From: an uncultured bacterium
Lineage (GTDB): Bacteria > Abyssobacteria > SURF-5
DNA length: 12,740 nt
Direction of reading: 5' to 3'
NCBI GenBank assembly: GCA_964510165.1
Contig: CAZEBC010000121.1
Location: 1 to 12,740 of the forward strand
Shown here: positions 8,153 to 12,740 of the stretch, piece after piece
Numbering within the stretch: position 1 is the stretch's first letter
Layout of the letters: each line of letters opens with the position of its first letter
The notes under the pieces: generated by a model
What the model was told of the DNA's origin: nothing
Database searches by the model: none
Seen by the model: only the letters and a program-made list of their open reading frames with translations
Translations under genes and position numbers: made by a program

Positions 8153-8476
8153 ATGGCAGAAACCTCTGATTATTCAAAATGCCTTCAGGCTGCCGGCGAG
8201 GGCGTCGTTGTTCGAGTGCGTCTTCAGCCGCGAGCCTCGAAGGACGAGATCGCGACGACGGCGGGCGATTGCCTGAAGATCAGAGTGAAAGCCCCGCCGG
8301 TTGAAGGCGCCGCTAACGAAGCATTGCGCGAGTTTCTCTCGAGGCAGTTCAGACTCGCGAAGAGCAGAGTCCGAATACTGTCGGGCGCGGCGTCCCGAAA
8401 CAAACGCGTATTGCTGGTCGGCCTGGGGATGGAAGCCATCACTGCGAGGCTGGCCGAATTGCTTGACGCAGATTAG
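8153..8476 (+). CDS. yggU: DUF167/UPF0235 (YggU) family protein
   Basis: VRLQPRAS, LKIRVKAPPVEGAANEAL, ILSGAASRNK motifs. Confidence 0.9.
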   Translation: MAETSDYSKCLQAAGEGVVVRVRLQPRASKDEIATTAGDCLKIRVKAPPVEGAANEALREFLSRQFRLAKSRVRILSGAASRNKRVLLVGLGMEAITARLAELLDAD

Positions 8477-8507
8477 AGGAATGGACAGATAGAGAGGAGA
8501 CGCAAGA

Positions 8508-9332
8508 TTGCTCGAACTCAAGCAGAAGATCGATGAAACCGCCAAAGCAATACGAAAAAGAATAGATGTGAAACCGGCGATCGGCATCATCCTTGGCACC
8601 GGACTGGGCGAACTGGTCAAGGAGATAAGGAGCAAGAAAAACATTCCATACGACGAGCTTCCTAACTTTCCGATCTCCACGGTTCCCAGCCATGAGAACC
8701 GCCTTGTTTTCGGAAAGATCGGCGCGCATGTGGTCGTCGCGATGCAGGGGCGCTTTCATTATTATGAAGGATACTCGATGCAGGAAGTCACTTTCCCTGT
8801 GCGGGTGATGAAGGCCTTGGGAATCAAGACGCTCATAGTGTCCAACGCATCGGGAGGCATGAATCCGGATTTCAGAGCGGGCGATCTGATGATCATCACC
8901 GATCATATCAACCTCATGGGCGACAACCCGCTCATCGGCCCGAACGACGACGCGCTCGGCCCCCGTTTCCCCGACATGATCGAACCTTATGACCGAAAAC
9001 TGATAAGCCTTGTGGAACACGTCGCGCTTGAAGAAAAAATACCGGTGAAGCGAGGGGTATACGTCGCGGTCGCCGGCCCGAATCTCGAAACGAGGGCCGA
9101 ATACCGTTTTCTCAGGTTCACAGGGGCCGATGCCGTGGGCATGTCAACCGTGCCGGAGGTCATCGTGGCGGTACATGCAGGGCTTCGGGTGCTCGGAATC
9201 AGTTGCATCACCGACGAATGCCTTCCCGACGCGCTGAAGCCGGCCAACATCGAGACGATCTTGAAGGTGGCGGCGGAGGCCGAACCCAAACTGAGCAGGC
9301 TCATCAGCAAAACTGTCAAGTCCATGCGCTGA
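8508..9332 (+). CDS. punA: Purine nucleoside phosphorylase, trimeric PNP/MTAP family
   Basis: [47 protein letters not shown] start with GAGGAG SD. Confidence 0.92.
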   Translation: MLELKQKIDETAKAIRKRIDVKPAIGIILGTGLGELVKEIRSKKNIPYDELPNFPISTVPSHENRLVFGKIGAHVVVAMQGRFHYYEGYSMQEVTFPVRVMKALGIKTLIVSNASGGMNPDFRAGDLMIITDHINLMGDNPLIGPNDDALGPRFPDMIEPYDRKLISLVEHVALEEKIPVKRGVYVAVAGPNLETRAEYRFLRFTGADAVGMSTVPEVIVAVHAGLRVLGISCITDECLPDALKPANIETILKVAAEAEPKLSRLISKTVKSMR

Positions 9333-9370
9333 ACGCGGGGAGCGTCTGGGAAAAAGGAGGTGAAAAAGAT

Positions 9371-10372
9371 ATGGTCACGTTTGTGGCCAGAGTGCTCCTT
9401 ATTGTCTTCAGCGCCTCGATCGGCTATGTCGTGGGAAATACCTTTGGCTCTGTTCAGCCGTGGCACTCGATTGTGGGCCTGTTTGTGGGCGGCGCCTTCG
9501 CGTTTGTGGTCATAGCGGCTGAATACCTCATAAGGCATTTCTCGTTCGAAGGACTCATCGCGCCGACCGTGGGCATAATCCTCGGGATGGTTCTGGCCAG
9601 CTTTATCGTCGGATGGCTCGACCTGGTTCTGCCTGAAAGGCTCGTGTTCTTCGAGCAGGTGAAGGACTTTCTCACCATCGCGCTCATGCTCTTCCTTGGC
9701 TATCTCGGATTCACCATAGGCGTCAAACTCAAGGGAGACCTGCGGCTGCTGCCCGCCCCCACGTTCGGACGCGGAACCATGCAGGCGCCGAAAGTGCTCG
9801 ATACCAGCGTCATCATTGACGGCCGCATCGCCGACATCTGCAAGGTCGGCTTCATCGAGGGGACGCTTGTCATTCCGCGCTTCGTGCTGAGCGAATTGCA
9901 GAACATTGCCGATTCTCCGGACCCCTTGCGACGCACCCGGGGAAGACGCGGGCTTGACATCCTCAACGAGATTCAGAAGCAACTCTCGATCGATGTCCGC
10001 ATCAGTGAAGTCGATTTCCCCGATGTCCGCGAGGTCGACTCGAAACTGGTCAGGCTTGCCAAGCAGCTCAACGCCAAGATCGTCACCAACGATTTCAATC
10101 TCAACAAGGTCGCCCAGTTCCAGGGCATCGAGGTGCTCAACGTCAACGACCTGGCCAACGCTCTCAAGCCGATAGTGCTGCCTGATGAGGATTTCATCAT
10201 CAAGATCATCAAGGAGGGCAAGGAACCCGGACAGGGCGTCGGCTATCTCGATGACGGCACCATGGTTGTGGTGGAGAACGGCGCAAGGCTGATCGGCAGA
10301 GAGGTGAAAGTCACCGTCACGAGCGTACTCCAGACTTCAGCGGGCCAGATGATCTTCACAAGGATCAAGTGA
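9371..10372 (+). CDS. yacL: Membrane-anchored PIN/TRAM domain protein (YacL family)
   Basis: Four N-terminal TM helices, PIN motifs [20 protein letters not shown] and [14 protein letters not shown] motif [14 protein letters not shown], and [15 protein letters not shown] 9371 follows the SD AGGAGGTG. Synteny with ispD-ispF fits. Confidence 0.92.
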   Translation: MVTFVARVLLIVFSASIGYVVGNTFGSVQPWHSIVGLFVGGAFAFVVIAAEYLIRHFSFEGLIAPTVGIILGMVLASFIVGWLDLVLPERLVFFEQVKDFLTIALMLFLGYLGFTIGVKLKGDLRLLPAPTFGRGTMQAPKVLDTSVIIDGRIADICKVGFIEGTLVIPRFVLSELQNIADSPDPLRRTRGRRGLDILNEIQKQLSIDVRISEVDFPDVREVDSKLVRLAKQLNAKIVTNDFNLNKVAQFQGIEVLNVNDLANALKPIVLPDEDFIIKIIKEGKEPGQGVGYLDDGTMVVVENGARLIGREVKVTVTSVLQTSAGQMIFTRIK

Positions 10373-10387
10373 ATCGAAACCAGCTGT

Positions 10388-10420
10388 TATTTCGGGGACA
10401 CCTTGCCGCAAGGTGTCACC
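10388..10420. repeat. Palindromic REP-like repeat, copy 1 (GGGGACAC...GTGTCCCC type)
   Basis: TATTTC-GGGGACACCTTG-ccg-CAAGGTGTCACC. Positions 10388-10401 are the exact reverse complement of 11840-11853. Confidence 0.6.
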
Positions 10421-10444
10421 ACATGACTTGAGTGAATAGTCCCG

Positions 10445-11127
10445 ATGCGCGTCACCGCCATAATTCCGGCCGCCGGGCGCGGAGTCAGGATGCGCTCGGC
10501 GCGCTCCAAAGTGCTCTCACCTCTTCTTGGGAAGCCGCTCCTTCTCTGGACGCTCCAGCCGTTCCTGGCGCTCGATACGCTTTCCGAAATGCTTATCGCG
10601 ATCTCGACCGATGACAAAAAGACCGTGGACGCATTGGTGCGGAAAGAACGCGTCAATGCGCGTCTTGTTCCAGGCGGCGAGACCCGGCAGCAATCGGTGG
10701 CCAACTGTCTTCGCGAGATGCGGCAGGCATGCGATATCGTTGCGGTCCACGACGCCGCGCGGCCGCTCCTGACGCTCCAGCTTCTCAATGACGTCCTGAA
10801 TCAGGCATACGCGCATGGGGCCGCGATCGCTGCGGCGCCATGCAAGGACACAGTCAAGGTGTGCGACGAGAAAGGCGTCGTGGAACGGACGCTTGACCGC
10901 TCGCGCCTCTGGCTGGTTCAAACCCCCCAATGTTTCCGGCGCGAACTTCTCTTGTCGGCATATGAGAAGGCGGCGGCCGACGGCGTCACGGCCACCGATG
11001 ATTCCGCTCTCGTGGAACGGTTGGGGGTGGCTGTCCGTGTGGTGTTCGGCTCGTACGAAAACATCAAGGTGACCACCCCAGAAGACATTCCCTTGTGCGA
11101 GGAAATACTCAGGAGAAGACAGACCTG

Positions 11128-11128
<1 letters not shown>
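10445..11128 (+). CDS. ispD: 2-C-methyl-D-erythritol 4-phosphate cytidylyltransferase
   Basis: AAGRGVRM...K, GGETRQQSV, VHDAARP, QTPQ, TDD, NIKVTTPED. Confidence 0.95.
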
Positions 11129-12264
<1,136 letters not shown>

Positions 12265-12265
<1 letters not shown>

Positions 12266-12306
12266 GGGTTCAGGGTTCAAGGTCCAGGGTTGAGCGTTTA
12301 GCGTTC
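12265..12306. repeat. Degenerate heptamer tandem repeat (6 copies, consensus AGGGTTC)
   Basis: GGGGTTC AGGGTTC AAGGTCC AGGGTTG AGCGTTT AGCGTTC. Confidence 0.6.
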
Positions 12307-12359
12307 TGAGAAAACGCTCGGGCTTAGACGGACTGACGGCGCTTTCCTTCCTATCTTCA

Positions 12360-12707
12360 ATGGACGCGAATGCCCGTAAGAAGATATACTTCTCCATTGG
12401 CGAAGTCAGCACAATGACCGATGTGCCTCAGCATGTGCTTCGCTACTGGGAAGAAGTGTTTCCAACGCTCCGCCCGCCCAAGAGGCGAAGCGGCAGCCGC
12501 GCGTACCGCGAGCAGGATATCGAAAAGGTTCGCCTCATCAAGCAGCTTCTCTACGAAAAGGGCTACACGATCCGGGGCGCCCGCAAACACCTGCGCGAGG
12601 GACTTGTCGAGAGCCAGAAGCGGGAAACAATCCGCTCCATGTCAGGCGAACTCGCGGAAATCGAGAGGCGTCTGGAAAACATCCTCGATATCCTGGAGTC
12701 GGAGTAG
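12360..12707 (+). CDS. MerR-family HTH protein (short type usually found after ihfA/hup)
   Basis: YFSIGEVS...VPQHVLRYWEE.FP.L.P.KR.SG.R.Y...DI......IK.LLYEKGYTI.GA, followed by a C-terminal coiled coil. Confidence 0.9.
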   Translation: MDANARKKIYFSIGEVSTMTDVPQHVLRYWEEVFPTLRPPKRRSGSRAYREQDIEKVRLIKQLLYEKGYTIRGARKHLREGLVESQKRETIRSMSGELAEIERRLENILDILESE

Positions 12708-12740
12708 TCAAGGTGTCTAAAGTAAGCTAAAGCACCTGAA

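Noticed and set aside
9203..9370. N-terminal extension of yacL in the ORF track
   Set aside because: It overlaps punA, and a strong SD supports ATG 9371.

Overview
Bacterial chromosomal window, GC-rich (roughly 60% by eye, not computed) and mostly housekeeping. In order: a GT-C (ArnT/PMT-like) membrane glycosyltransferase; a Zn-dependent MDR dehydrogenase and a KdgK-type PfkB sugar kinase; a minus-strand two-gene unit (XRE-HTH/PTS EIIA fusion plus a short C4 zinc-ribbon protein) with a perfect sigma70 promoter and an overlapping palindrome; a membrane histidine kinase and NtrC-family sigma54 response regulator; then yggU, purine nucleoside phosphorylase, yacL (PIN/TRAM), ispD, ispF, a gltX that stops after about 65 codons, hup (HU) and a MerR-family HTH gene. 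The most notable points are the XRE-EIIA/zinc-ribbon unit, the truncated gltX that breaks next to a palindromic repeat with a second copy at 10388-10420, and an Asn-to-Asp change in the PNP base-specificity site. No rRNA, tRNA, CRISPR array, integrase or transposase was recognised. All family assignments come from motif recognition by eye, not database searches.
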